A stretch of 64,000 nucleotides of DNA, from positions 620,001-684,000 of the forward strand of contig LSRY02000045.1 of the NCBI GenBank assembly GCA_001643675.2. Direction: 5' to 3'. Source of the DNA: Monocercomonoides exilis PA203 (lineage: Eukaryota; Protista; Preaxostyla). The notes beneath the pieces are model-generated. The model had not been told where the DNA came from. It ran no database searches and saw only the letters and a list, made by a program, of their open reading frames with translations. Below, piece by piece: positions 23,109 to 37,600 of the stretch. The position numbers were made by a program, and so were the translations under genes. The number at the start of each line of letters is the position of its first letter. Positions within the stretch are counted from its first letter, which is position 1.

Positions 23109-25620
23109 TTAAGAAAAAAACATTTTTATGGATTGGAATTTTGAAATACTTTTTGATACTTGAAAAAAAACAATTTTTTAAAATCACACATATATCAGAA
23201 TAATATTTCAAATATTTATTAAAAATTGATAATTATGAAACAAAAACAGATACAAGGATGCTTATTATAATGTTGTTATATTTTATAAATTGATTTATGA
23301 GATTAAAAAACATAAAAAATAATAAAAAGATGAATTGAACAATCTTTTGCGTTATTGAGAAATTTTTACATAAATTTGAAATTTATGCATGACATTTTGA
23401 TTTAAGCAAGTGATTTTGAAAATTTTAAGAAAAATTGAAAAAAAGGCAGTAATTTTCAGTTTCTCTCTCTTATTTCATATTAAATTAAATTGTGGGAAGA
23501 TCTCAAATTTTTGCAATATTTTTTGTTGGTTCGAAAATAATTGTTAATATGTCACAATAATTTTGAAGTATTTGACGTATAATTTCCAGAACATTCTCCG
23601 ACAAATTTTGTTAAATAAATCATTTTTCGTATTTTTGTGACAATCGTTTATTTGAAAAAACATAATTTTTCGTTAAATACGTTTGTTGAAATGTTTTTTT
23701 ACAACATAAGATTATCAACAATTAACATGGGTGATTATTTTTGATTTCATAACTTTTTTCTTGGTGTGAATTATTCAATGGTGATAATTGTTTGATTTGA
23801 TAGGTCTCACAAAAATGGTTCATCCATTTTGATTGTTTCAAATAACAGATTTTTCAAATGAAAGTGAGAAATAAATACTTCAATTGTACAATAACTTATC
23901 AATGTTTTATCATAAATATTCTTCACAAATTTTTGAACCGAATTTTTTTAAAGAAAAAATATGATTTGTCAAAATTTTTTTGAAAAGTGACATCAGATCA
24001 AAAATTTGACCCATTGTGGTTAATTCAAAACCACTCCGTTTCCATTATTCTCATCCAAAACGAAAAAATTCACTATAACGCTTATCAGTTATTTGCAAAC
24101 TTCTTTTAAGAAGAAAATTTTCAAAGCAAAAAATTATATGGGTAATTCTTTTTGAAAAGTCGCAAATGTTTAATATTCAAATAAATCAAAAATGTCATAT
24201 TTGGCTCAAAATTTTATTCTCAAACACCAAATTTCACAAACACGAAATCTGTTACTTGATAATGCCATTTCACAAATACTTATGAAGATTCATAAGCGGT
24301 TATAGAAATTTGAGCAAAATATGAAAAGAATTTTTTATTTGTAAATTAAACAATTGCGACTTTTCAAAAAGATTTACTCATATTTAAGAAAAAAACATTT
24401 TTATGGATTGGAATTTTGAAATACTTTTTGATACTTGAAAAAAAACAATTTTTTAAAATCACACATATATCAGAATAATATTTCAAATATTTATTAAAAA
24501 TTGATAATTATGAAACAAAAACAGATACAAGGATGCTTATTATAATGTTGTTATATTTTATAAATTGATTTATGAGATTAAAAAACATAAAAAATAATAA
24601 AAAGATGAATTGAACAATCTTTTGCGTTATTGAGAAATTTTTACATAAATTTGAAATTTATGCATGACATTTTGATTTAAGCAAGTGATTTTGAAAATTT
24701 TAAGAAAAATTGAAAAAAAGGCAGTAATTTTCAGTTTCTCTCTCTTATTTCATATTAAATTAAATTGTGGGAAGATCTCAAATTTTTGCAATATTTTTTG
24801 TTGGTTCGAAAATAATTGTTAATATGTCACAATAATTTTGAAGTATTTGACGTATAATTTCCAGAACATTCTCCGACAAATTTTGTTAAATAAATCATTT
24901 TTCGTATTTTTGTGACAATCGTTTATTTGAAAAAACATAATTTTTCGTTAAATACGTTTGTTGAAATGTTTTTTTACAACATAAGATTATCAACAATTAA
25001 CATGGGTGATTATTTTTGATTTCATAACTTTTTTCTTGGTGTGAATTATTCAATGGTGATAATTGTTTGATTTGATAGGTCTCACAAAAATGGTTCATCC
25101 ATTTTGATTGTTTCAAATAACAGATTTTTCAAATGAAAGTGAGAAATAAATACTTCAATTGTACAATAACTTATCAATGTTTTATCATAAATATTCTTCA
25201 CAAATTTTTGAACCGAATTTTTTTAAAGAAAAAATATGATTTGTCAAAATTTTTTTGAAAAGTGACATCAGATCAAAAATTTGACCCATTGTGGTTAATT
25301 CAAAACCACTCCGTTTCCATTATTCTCATCCAAAACGAAAAAATTCACTATAACGCTTATCAGTTATTTGCAAACTTCTTTTAAGAAGAAAATTTTCAAA
25401 GCAAAAAATTATATGGGTAATTCTTTTTGAAAAGTCGCAAATGTTTAATATTCAAATAAATCAAAAATGTCATATTTGGCTCAAAATTTTATTCTCAAAC
25501 ACCAAATTTCACAAACACGAAATCTGTTACTTGATAATGCCATTTCACAAATACTTATGAAGATTCATAAGCGGTTATAGAAATTTGAGCAAAATATGAA
25601 AAGAATTTTTTATTTGTAAA
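23071..25620. repeat. Near-perfect tandem duplication, unit 1275 bp
   Basis: 23071 onward equals 24346 onward; the 1275 offset was checked at several anchors (atatgggtaa at 24136 and 25411). Confidence 0.92.
24136..24383. mobile_element. MITE hybrid copy (body of copy B, right end of copy A)
   Basis: Begins atatgggtaattctttttgaaaagtcgc like 25411 and ends caattgcgacttttcaaaaagatttactcatat like 23108. Confidence 0.8.
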
Positions 25621-25658
25621 TTAAACATTTGCGACTTTTCAAAAAGAATTACCCATAT
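25411..25658. mobile_element. MITE copy B with perfect TIR ends (GGGTAATTCTTTTTGAAAAGTCGCAAATGTTTAAT) and ATAT flanks
   Basis: atat|gggtaattctttttgaaaagtcgcaaatgtttaat ... attaaacatttgcgacttttcaaaaagaattaccc|atat. Confidence 0.85.
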
Positions 25659-26039
25659 ATCTGATTAATTGATCAAAATCAAAATATTTGTTTTTCAAAG
25701 AAAAACGGTTTCTCTTGATTGAACTTCTTTGCAATTATTAACAAATGAAATGTCCAAGGAATGCATCGATTATTTTTCCTGATAAACTTGATTTCCAATG
25801 TTGATTCGACTTTTCATTTGAATAGAATTTTTCATTTGCATTATACGCATGAACTTAACACAAATGCGAAAATTGAACACTCATATTCGATGCATCAAAA
25901 AATTTGATAAATTTAGTGGTTAGTATTTTATTCAAACAAAAAATATTTAATTTTTATTTATTATTCAATCATGCTTTAAAATTGAAAAGTTCACAGTTGA
26001 TAGTTAACATTTGTCTCTTTAATGGCATATAAGATAAAG

Positions 26040-26800
26040 ATCTCAATTCTTGTTCATTTACAGAATGTGGAAGCAGAACATCAGCCAACGGAGGGTCGAT
26101 GATGCTGTGTGTCGGGAATGGAAATGAAGTGAAAGTGAAAGGTGGATCTTTTGATGAGTGCTATTGCTCTGCATCATTTGGACTTGTGGGATTAATTCAT
26201 CTTCGATTGATGAAGGAAAATCAAAATTTCCTGATCTCCTCTTCCTTTGGCAAAAACACAGCCAAATGGGGAAGTGACATCTTTGTTATTTCACCCAATC
26301 TGGAATAAACAGCAAAATCAGAAAACATCACATGTGTGGAAGCCTCTTTGGATTCTCTTGAGAAAGTGAGAGGATATGACAACGGAAACAACAGTGTGGC
26401 CATTCCTGTCTGCATCTATCTCCTTCCCATTCCAACAGAAATATATGTGAGAAGCACCGAGGCATCTGATCACTCACATTGTGGAATTGTTCAATTCTCA
26501 TGTTTGACAATGAAGCGCTCTCTCACAAGGCAAACAGGAACAAAGAAAGTTGTAGTGAATAGAATGATCGCGATGAGTGATGAATTGGCCTTGAAAGAAT
26601 AGAAACATGAAATCAAAGGAAATGATGATGAAAGTGGCTGGACAGTCTCTGATTCAAGTTCAACGTCCAATTCAACGATGATAACATCAAGTGTTGAAAC
26701 AGAATTATTAAAAATTATCTTCTCTCTTTCATCTTCCCTTCCTCTTCACTCCATTTTCAATGTCTCTTCATCATCATCTCTTCTTCCTCCTCATCCCACT
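26040..26800 (+). pseudogene. Decayed fragment of another beta-helix surface-protein family member
   Basis: NGGSMMLCVGNG.., NTAKWGSDIFV, GYDNGN..IPVCIYL, DHSHCGIVQFSCLT parallel the giant gene's modules; in-frame stops. Confidence 0.65.
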
Positions 26801-27494
26801 ACTCTTCTTCTTCAATTCCAAACACAAAAATATGCACATTGATCTGATAGCGAAACTTCAATACACTTGCATCCCTTTCACCATTGTTATCTCATGCAGT
26901 TGCGCCACAGCACTGTCCCACATACAGCCTACAGTATCAAAACCACAAGTTCAGATACACTTTTCTCCTTTAACTACCATATAATCATCAACAAATCCAC
27001 TTCTACTCTTTGCAGATTCTTCTTCTCCAGTAACTCAGGAAGCAATTCTTTCTCCGCATCCTGCGATACATTCCTCCAATCTCCCCACTCTGCCTCCAGC
27101 ACCCTCCCTTCTGCTTTCACCCCACCATGAGCACTCACTCTCTATTACAACACACATTCGACAACCTAATCATCAAATGTACTTGATATAGCTCATACAC
27201 TTTTCTCAGCAAGAAGCATAACGTGCAAAACTACGAAAGAGTGCTATCATTCCTCAGTGCAATGCTTTATGTCCTTTTCACACTGCCACTTTGCAACGCG
27301 ATCGATCCTGTCGCTTTCATCAGCACCTCTGTCGACATCAACGAAGCTGAAGTGTTCATCATCATCACATCACACGCACACATGCGCACTACATGCATCT
27401 TCTCCCACTCCACAAACTTCATTGCCTTCCATTCTTCCTCATTCACCTTCCGCTCTTCGCTCACAACATTTAAAAACTCCTTCACAACCATATG

Positions 27495-28030
27495 CTTCAT
27501 CTTCTTCTTCTTCTTCGCCTTCTTCTTCTTCTTCTTCTTCTCTTTCTTCTCTCTCTTTCTCTTCTGATAATGATTTGTTTTCTTCTACTTTATCTTCTCT
27601 TTCTTCTTCTTCGTTTAATTCTTCTTCTCCTTCTTCTTCATTTATTTCTTCTTCTCTTTCTCCTTTTCCTTCTTCTCCATTAAATTCTTCTTCTTCTTCT
27701 TCTTCTTCTCTTTCTCCTTCTTCTCATAATGTTTTATCGACACCAATAAATAGTAATTCTTCATTTAATTCTTCTTCTTCTTCTCTTTCTTCTTCTTCTT
27801 CTTCTTCTTCTCCATTGAATTCGTCTCAATTGTTTTCCTCTTCTCCATCTTCTCTATCTTCTCCTTTTCCTTCTCAAATAAATTTTTCTTCTCCTTCTTC
27901 TTCATTTGTTTCCTCTTCTCCTCTTCCTTCTCCATTAAATTCTTCTTCTTCTTCTCCTTCTTCTTCTCCTTCTTCTTCTTCTCCTTCTTCTTCTCCTTCT
28001 TCTTCTTCTCCTTCTTCTCCTTCATTGACA
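27495..28030. repeat. TCT/CCT trinucleotide-based low-complexity tract (poly-Ser on +, Glu/Gly-rich on -)
   Basis: Visible (TCT)n and TCTCCTTCTTCT repeats. Confidence 0.85.
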
Positions 28031-28099
28031 ATATCCGCATTTCCCTCTGTATCAGCCACTACCCTCATCTTCCCTGCACCCGCTATCACTCAAACAACC

Positions 28100-31000
28100 A
28101 CGTAAATAGCAAGCACACACTCATCAACAGCTCACCGCTCTGAGATAAGCACCTCAAACACTCCATTTACTACCACTTTTGCGTTAGCCACGTTTCGCTC
28201 TATCTTTGATGACACATCGTCTTCTGTTTCTGCATCACTGTTGGCTCCGGCGATTGTGCTTGGGGGATGTTCAACTGCATCCATTGCATCTTCTTCTTCG
28301 TTTTCGTCTTCTTCCCTTCCACCTTTATCTTCCTCTGCTTCTTCTTCCTTGTTCTCTCTGACTTCTCTAACATCTCTTGCTTCCTTTTTTTTCTCTGCTC
28401 TTCTTTCCTTCTCTCAGACCATCCTGCAGATGTCCACATCCACCTCGCCTGTCCCTGCACTCACGCGACAGCCTCAGCCTTCATCTCAGTCTCAGTCTCA
28501 ATCTCAATCTCAATCATTGTCTTCCTCAAAGAATACGAACTCTCTCCACACCCGCACTTCCTCAGCCACATCGCAGCAGTCACTCACATTAACAAGCTCT
28601 CCCTCGCATCCTTCTCATTTGGTTCATCCAGGAAGCTTCCAACAATCTACTGCTGTTACAGCCCCAACTATTTCATCAAACTTGCCAGCTCCAGTCACTT
28701 TATCTGCTATCATCTCCGCCATTTCTTCCTCATCTCTTTCATCTGCTCTTATTGCGCCTCTTTCCTCTTCCGCAACTGATGCGCCGCCGCTTCTCCTTGA
28801 CACATACTATCCATCTTCGCAAACCTCGTCGCAGAAGCGCTTCTTCCATTCGCCTCCTCGTCTGTTCAAATCCACCACTCTTCATGATGATGTACCTCCA
28901 TCAATACTTTCGTCACACTCTTCCCATTCGTCGCATCAGGAGATGAGGAGGTCGATGGAGCTGTGCAAATGCCGTTTAGCCAATGAAACAAGCACATCAA
29001 CGGGCAACTCGTCAGAACACACACGCATTCGATATACTGTTCAAAGCAGGTGCTTCCAGAGATGCATGCGCTGAGGCTGATGAAGAGAGAGAAGAAGGGG
29101 AATGTGACAGATGAGATATTTGAGATGAAGAGGAGGATGTGAAGAGGGAACAGACACTCAATAAAAATAGAAATTGACGACGACGAAGAAGAAGAAGAAA
29201 CAAAATAATAATGCAGATCCTCTGCTGCCATCTTCAATGCCATGGGAGCATCCATCAGAACGACCTCTGAGAAAACATCGCAAGTTTGAAATGGCGCTCT
29301 AAGCATCACAGCCGCGTAAACCCATCGACTGTGCAGCATTTTACTGTCTTCTCAAATAAACTCCTCTTCTGAACAGAGCCTCTTGTCTGACATGTTGAAT
29401 GAACCCGCTTCCCCGCCTTCTGCACCTCCGCCTCAATTCACTCACCTAGCCATATCAGCTGCGTATCCGCATGAGACGCCCCATCAGACACATCCTCAAA
29501 CGCATGCACTGACAGCATCGCTGAATAATTGCTCAGAATCTCCTTCGCATAACCTTCTTCAATTCCTTCTCTGAACTACCGAACAACCTCGATTCCCTTC
29601 TCCGTTGTGAACTTCACGTTCGCAGAATCATCTATGCTCCATCACAACAGACGCTGTCACTCCTTAGCACAGTCTCCACTTCTTCATCACAATGTGCGCA
29701 TTTGCTAGGCGGATCAACTCATCCTGACTGATAATGACACCACGCACAAACTCGTGCTCCTCTGCTTTTGCTCGAGCTCCTCAACAAGTACGATAAACAT
29801 AACCACCAAGTTTTCCACAATAACCTGCTTCATCACTGCTTCACTCTCTGTCCCACGCTGCACGAGGATCTCGCACGGACCCTAAGCCAGATTCCTCTTC
29901 GGCTTTGTTCCTCAGCTGCATCTCCACCATTTCACCTGATTCTTAGCACAGCTTCATTACAGCGGAATGTTCAGCTCGCCCAGCACATCAAAAGTCTGCC
30001 CGTCTGCAATGCGCACAGGCATCATTCGTTGATTGCCTTTTTGGTTCAAGACACTGTTCATCAGCCATCGACCAGATAGAACAACCTCGTCACTCCTTCT
30101 TGGTGCACTCAATTTTCCTTCCCTTTTCCTCGTCTTCTTTTCATCACTCCGCATAAATCAAACAACTTTTTCACATTGCTTCTTCATCTCATTTGTCTTT
30201 ATTCTCAATTATTGACAAATGGTTCGCTCATTTTTTTACAACAGCTTCACAGAAATAATCATTTCAATAAAACTTTTCGTTGTAGAAATGCTCGAACATT
30301 CCTCTGAGTCTGCTGCTGAATCGTTCTCCTTCCTTTCCATGTTTTCGCTCCTCCAGCCCAGCCAGCGCAATCGCTTCTGGAGACAGAGCAACATCCTCCA
30401 TCCTCAGCCCCTCCACCTTCAACCTTCTCCTCTACAATTTCCCCCACTTCATTCACTGCAACACATCGCACTTTCACTTCGTCGTCCAGCTTCACCACCG
30501 CAAGCCTCGACTGAGGCGATCGCAACACCAGCCGCGCTATCGCAGACTGCAGCAGCGAAGGGTCAAACAGATCATTGATCGATGGGAATATATTCGCATA
30601 TGCTGAAGAAAAGAACCTCTTGCCCTCAGGCATCTTTCCCACAGAAGCTGCAAGAGTTGGAAGCTGCACATCCTGCGGAACGGAAAGCTTCTCCAAAAGT
30701 GCCACATAGCAGGCACACACACAACATATCCACATGCAGCACCACCTGCATCAAAACAGCATATCCTCGCAGCATCCTCAGCGACAGCAGCATGCTCTGC
30801 GCAAACACCACAGCAGTATCTGAAACCACAATCTGCAGCTGCCTCTGGATGTCGTCCATCGATGCTTCCAACGTGTATAATGCCTCCACTACAGATGCAT
30901 ATGAAGAATCAATTGTAGGCGCTGATGATGAATATGAAGATGAAGAGCAAACTAGCTGCTTGTCCCATTCAGCTTTCTCCTCTTCTTTTCTGCGCATCCG

Positions 31001-31140
31001 GAATGAAGAAGTTGATCGGCGTAATGCTCAATTAGAAGAAGACGAAGAAGATGAAAACTCTGAGAGAATAGACGACTGATGTTCTGCAACGGACACAAGA
31101 AATTTAATGAGATATCTCCAAACACATCAGCCAGAAGAAA
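28100..31140. pseudogene. Decayed GC-richer coding-like or repetitive-family remnants of unknown function
   Basis: Many short overlapping ORFs with Ser- or acidic-rich bias; no continuous frame and no recognisable domain. Confidence 0.3.
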
Positions 31141-34044
31141 CACAGACTATTTAAACACAACATCCACATTCTTATCAGAATGGTAGACCTGCAAAAAAAA
31201 CTGCTTTTTTAATGTTATATGAAAAGAATGAAGCGGGATATCTATCAACGACGAATGGAGACGTGATGAAAAGGAGAAGAAAACAACTCGTGCTTGGATG
31301 AAAACAAGTTGTTTGATGCAAACTTTATGAATCTTTATAAGAGAATAGATTGTTTTTTTGAGTTAGTAATAACGAAGATTTGTTTTAAAAAATAACATTT
31401 CATGTTTCATTTCAAAATGATAAAATGTATTTTTGCTCAATGTTTTCAACTTTTCGAATATCTTTCGATTGTTACGAGTATGGTTTTTATGTATTTTTCA
31501 TGTTTGAAAATTTCTAATAAAAAATTCAAGAATTCAAGGAGTTCAATTTTTTTCTTTCAGGAAAAGAAAATAACAAAAACTTGGATAACATTCATAAATT
31601 AATAATGAATATTCGAACAGATGAAATGAAAATGAAGAAATAAAAGCATGAAACTCATTTGATTCATATAGCTGGAAAGCAATTGCAAACAAGTGTGTAT
31701 TTCATAATAAAGTTTATCGTTTATATGATATGAACAAAATTGTTTCCTATTTTTCAATAAAAAGCGAAATAAATAACGACAATCAAAATTTTCAAAACTA
31801 AAATGGGAACGGAATGATCGATATTTTTTGATCATTTTTGATCTTTTGTGGGACAGAATTAAACTCATGGAACTTTTCAAAAAAATTTAGACATTTCTAA
31901 AATAATAACCCACATATTTAAAAACATTGAAAAGATATTTGTGAAAATTTTCATTATTGTTGAAACATAAAGAATTCATCAAAAATGAAAGAAGAGCACC
32001 ACCGATTATCCAAAAATTGTTCAAATGTTGATATTTTTTCAATAATGAATATCACCTGGAGGGGAGGGGAGTAATGTTTCCATTGCTTGTTAAAAAGGCT
32101 TGTAAGAAAAAAAGAAAAACAATTCAGATTTTGATAATAAGTGGTAATTATGCAACACTATTATGGTTATCAATGATATCTGAAACTGTAAATATTGTTG
32201 CTTCATCGATTTCCTCTAATTCTTCTTCTTAATATATCATTTCCTTTAATCTTCAAAACTATTTAAATCCATCTCTTTTGTTTATATCAATGAAAATATT
32301 ATCACCTCCTTTCTGTTTTCAAAAAAAAATTCAATGCATTATTCTGTATTTTCCTCCACTCAAATAACTTCCACAAACTCCATTCGATTAAAAAACTTGC
32401 AAATGTGTGAATTTCATCAGAAGAACAGCTTTTCATACTTTGTCGATGTATTGACTTTTTCTCCACATTTCACCTGAAGCAAAAACGCACATCTTCTTCA
32501 CATCCTTCTTCACAACAAACAATGGAAAAATTCCATTTTCCTTTGCTCTATGTCTCCACTTCTCCAGTCATCCTTCATCTTGGAAAAAATAAATGCCTCC
32601 ATCCTTTTTCTGTCTCCGGTGCAAGACATTCCATCACGGTCATCCCCTCACCTCGCTCCATCCCTGTCGCACCCCTGTCTCCACACCCCCAATGCAAAGT
32701 ACTGCGTTCAATGTTCCTTCTTCCTGTCTTCCTCCGCCTCAGCCTCCATCCCTTGTTCCGCAAATGCCTGGCGCGTCCAAACGGTTCACAAAATAAATTA
32801 TATAAGAATATGAAATATTTTCTTTCATTTTTCTTCTTCTTCAACCCCACTTTTCTCTCTTATCATGCACACTCTCGCAAAATCTTTTCCCCTTGCCCTG
32901 CCTCACGTGCCTCCTCTCTCTCCCTGCATTCGAAAATAAAAAAAAAACATCTTCTCTCCATATCTCTCCATCTCTCATCCAACTTTTGTCCTCCCCTCCA
33001 ATAAGCATATTCCATTCACTCCACCCATCTTATCTTCCCTCTTATCCCACCTCCTCCACAACAAATTCCATTTCTCTAACAATAAACACGGTCTAAACAC
33101 CTTCTCAATGACAAAAATCTCAAAACAAACCCCTCCCAACCTCATCCCTATCCATCTCCCACACATCCATTTTGCCTCTTTAACCTCCCAAAAATACCTC
33201 TCTCTCCTCCAAAAAATCTTCCTTTTATCTTTTCCTTTCCCTTCAAAGCCCAGCCTCCTCCAAAAACTCAACTCCGTCACTCCATACCACAAATCCATTC
33301 TTTTGTAATCGCGTTGTCTTCATATGCCCATTCAGCCACGACACATCGAGTTGTGCTCCTTTTCTTTTGTGACTCTAATTCGTTATGAAAAATAATCAAA
33401 CAATGCCAAATGCTCAAGAAATATCTACAGAATGAAAATTTCATGTGAGCAAAAATGAAGCTGGAATAAATGAAATATTTCCAGTGAAAGGGTTGGGTAT
33501 TACAAAAACAATGTCTGTTTAATGGAAGATGAAATTGTTCATTTTGATTGATGGATGGCTGTGGGGCTATGACATTTTCGATGGAAATGAAGAATTTTTG
33601 ATATATGTAATTTATATTGTTCTGTTGATTGTGAAGATATTTCCATCCGTATCCTCTCCAAAGTCGTGATTCAGACAATTTATATAAAATGGACGATTTA
33701 TTCTATGAAGAGCAGAAGAGCGAGGAAGGGAGACAAATGTTATCTTTCAAACATATAAGAGCCTGAATATATTTTATAATAAATATTTTTGTGACTCATT
33801 ATGGACTCAACATGAGAGATGGATAGAAATGCGATGAAAAATTTTTTTCGAAATCATATTTTTTTCGGTTCTCAAAAATATGTGGTTCTTAAGTTATATT
33901 TTGAATCAAATATCTCTGTCTATCATTTGAATGACTTTTTAATATTTTTTTAAGTGTCAAAAACAAACAAAATGAGTTTTCTTGTGTATTCCTTCTTTAT
34001 TATTTAATATTCTTTTTCAATAAAATAATAAAACTCTTATTTTT

Positions 34045-34286
34045 TGTCAAAATTTTTTTGAAAAGTTCCTATTGATTAATTTTCAAATAAAACAAAAATT
34101 TCATATTTCGATCAAATTTCTGTTTTCACTGACCAGATTTCATGAGAATGAATATAATATCATTATCAAGTATTTGTTTATATCACAGAAAAATTTGGTC
34201 AATGTGAACAGAAATTTGATCGAAATATGAAATTTTTGTTTTATTTGAAAATAAAACAATATGAACTTTTCAAAAAAATTTTGACA
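34045..34286. mobile_element. MITE (~242 bp, ~95-bp imperfect TIRs), distantly related to the 22.9-25.7 kb MITEs
   Basis: tgtcaaaatttttttgaaaagttc..ttcaaataaaacaaaaatttcatatttcgatcaaatttctgtt pairs with aacagaaatttgatcgaaatatgaaatttttgttttatttgaa..gaacttttcaaaaaaattttgaca; solo-end matches at ~23967, ~25242 and ~31870. Confidence 0.8.
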
Positions 34287-34450
34287 TTTGCTTAATAATT
34301 GAAATCTCATATTCAAAATCCCGAACTGTCAATAAAAATATTAAAAAAACAAAAACAATAAAAAGATAGTTATTATTACAGAACTGTAGAGAAACTCACA
34401 GAAGAAAGAAATATGTTTTCTTGAAAAATTGTAATTTGAGTGTCTGCCCT

Positions 34451-34535
34451 GGGAGGCTGATTCTGGACCCAAAGCCTTCAAGGGACTGTGCTGGACCGGT
34501 CACAGCACAGTCCCAGGACGGAATCAGCCTAGCCC
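34451..34535. other. GC-rich nested stem-loop (possible structured RNA or element subterminal structure)
   Basis: aggctgattc (34454-63) pairs with gaatcagcct (34521-30), enclosing gggactgtgctg/cagcacagtccc (34482-34514). Confidence 0.55.
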
Positions 34536-34691
34536 TCATGTTTTCGCACAAGTGCAAAAGAGGGTACTTTGAATATATTGTTTGCGGCAACAATTCAAAG
34601 CTTGAGCAACAGACGACTCAAGAAACTCAATTTCAATTAAACATATTTCACACAGAGCAATTAACAAAAAAACAGAAAAGAGAAAAATAGT

Positions 34692-37600
34692 TTATTTGAA
34701 AATCTGGTTGTCCAACTTTTTCCTTTCTTCAAACAATTTCAATGTGCATTTTCCAATGTTTTCTGATTGACCACTGCATTTTTGAGTACTGAAAGATTTT
34801 GAAGGTCTCTCATCTCTAACTCTCCTTTCCACAAACTGCATTTTAAATTCTCCTCTGTTATTAAATGGCGATCCTACTGATCTGTAAATATCACATCCGC
34901 GCTTTTCATAAAATAAAAATGTTTTCATGTTTTTTATTTCACTTTTTTTCCAAAGTATATTGTTTGACGGAATAAATCTTGTTTAATCATAATTGAAAAA
35001 TAAAAAAAACAAACAATAAAATTGAAATAAAACAATTTAAAAATTTATTCTTCAAATTATTTCACACCTCAAAAAATGACGATACAACTTTTCTCTTCCA
35101 TCAATAGAATTTCTTTTGAATGAGGCACAATGAGATGCATTTTTTTGAAAGAAGTCAATAAGTTCAGCAACATCATTAATGATTGTTTCATTATCGAGCT
35201 CATTTTGAATGCATTTTGACAAATAGCCAAACTCTCCATCGCATTCGCACTTTCCGTGCTTTTCGCAGAAAAATGAAAGAGTTGTGCTTTTCCCTTTCGA
35301 AAAAGTGGAATTGTCCGACAGTTAATAGTGAAGAAGATAGGAATTCCTAAAGTGGGGGCCTGTATCACAAATAAAATGAAAAGAATTTTTCTGATTGAAT
35401 ATCTGGTGATTTAACACTTCCTGAAGGCATCCGATAATAAAGCGATAATCGTGCGATCGCATATTAGAAAAAAAGTTGAATATATGCTTGACGCAATAGC
35501 CTTTCTCATCTTTGATGAACGAAATAACACACAATTGGGATACTTCAACTTTTTCATAAAAATCTTTGCTTATTTGATTTTGACGAATTGGCAGGGCAAA
35601 TTTTTCTTTGAAATCAAATAAAAGCAAAGCTTCATCGAAATCCAAATTATCTTTCAATTGATGGAAATAAAGATGTTGATGCTTTGCTAATTTCCAATGA
35701 TCTTCTGTCAGTTTCAACATAAACAGATCGCTTTCACTGAAGGTTTCGTTTTTTGCCTTGAGAAAATTCTTCTTTTTATGCAAACTTTCGAAAGTGACAC
35801 ACAAACCGTAAAGATCACTTCTCTTTTTAGCTTTTTTGAGATGCCTTTTTTTTATAAAATGTGCTCAACGACATCTTAATATCAAGCTCATTTCTTAACT
35901 TATCGTACAACTTTGCTTTTGTTGAGTTGATGATTCTTATTTGAGCTTTTGGTTGTGTTCTTTTGATAGGAAGATGAGAAGTCATAGTTGAAGATAATGG
36001 ATTTGATGGAGATGATGAAGCTTTTTTGTTTTTGGATTCGGCAGAAGTTGAGTTTGTTGACTTAAATGTTTAAATTGTTGCAGAATAAGTGGAATTGTGA
36101 TCCTGAAACATTGAAGTGTTTTGTTGAGGTATAAGAAACGTTGAATTGAATGACAGTCGATGTGAGCCATTAATAATGTTTGACAACAAATTTGGTGATA
36201 AAGGGTAACTTTCGAAATCGTTAAAATTGCTTTCCATTTTTTCATACAGTGATAGAAATGGCATTGCACCTTCATCTATGTGATGAGAAAACTCAGCAGA
36301 TATGTTATCAAATATTTGAGTCACTATTCCATCTTCACACATATACCATGTTTCATTTGGAAAAGAAGTTGCAGGAGGATTGCTGTTTTCACTTTTGCAA
36401 AAATTATAAAAATGTCCATTAATTTCGTCACCTTTGTGAAAAAGCTGTGCAATAAAAGTATAATTCTGCCCATGATTCACTTTTTTTTCAGAAACTTTCA
36501 AAACTCCATTTTCTTCAGCAAATGACAATGATAAACAGACTTGAAATTTGGAAAGCTGTTTATTTGTGATATGTTCGAGCGAAAAAGTCAAAAAGCGTGG
36601 AAAACGCTATATGTTAAATTTCGCTATTTGATTCGTGTCAACATTACACTTGGGGCAAAAGAACATTCGATTATTTGAATTGTCATTGTGAAGTTCAAAA
36701 GATTTGCTTAACGAATCATAAACATTTGAGCCATTCAATCTGATAATTGGAGTAGTTTCGCATGCACCGTTGAACTTTTTTTCGCATGCAGAACATATTC
36801 TTGGATAGTTAATTGTTGCATTCATAATATGTGCAAGTTCTGGAGTGACAGACGATAAATTATGAAACATCTTTGCGAACACACAGTACAATTCTTGTTG
36901 GCAACCAACTGATAGATTGTTTTTCTTGTACCAACAAGATAAGAATTCATTCGTCCATTTCACTTCTTCTTTCGAGTTTCGAGCTTTGTCCATTATTGTT
37001 TCAGGAGCGCAAAGAGAATGAAGATTCAATGATATTTGAGCGATCTTCCCCACTCGCCTTTTCAATTGACCACATCGTTGAAATAATGATCGAAACAGTT
37101 GAACCAAGGATGCAACACAACAGGTATTTCCAATGTTTGGCAAAGGTGAAATTGGACAATAATCCATAAATGGTTGTGCGTCAACCATATCAACAATAAT
37201 TTCATTTTCTTCAGAGATGGAAATCACATCACAAGAATTTGAATCATCACGAATAATTCTGGATGATTCATCTGTAGGTAATTCAATATCCATTGCTATG
37301 TCTGATATTTGAGAAAATGATTGCACTTCTTGTGTTCCATTGCACGTGCACTCAATTTGTTTACTCGTTATTATGGAAGAATGATCAATCGAGAAGATAT
37401 CATCTGTTTGATCAACGTCCAAGAATAAATCATTGTCACTATCATCTTCCATTTGTCCTTGCACGTTATCGTCTGCAAATGAATCCGAAATGTTGTTCGA
37501 AACAGTTCGATTTGATTCGAAAAAGCTATAAAGTGGATCAACGTCTTTTTCATGCAAATCGTCACAATTCAAAATTGTGAAATCGTCGTTATAAGTTTCG

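Noticed and set aside
27223-29074. Poly-Ser ORFs (282 aa, 277 aa) as mucin-like genes
   Set aside because: They arise from TCT repeats with non-ATG starts; the coding strand cannot be determined.
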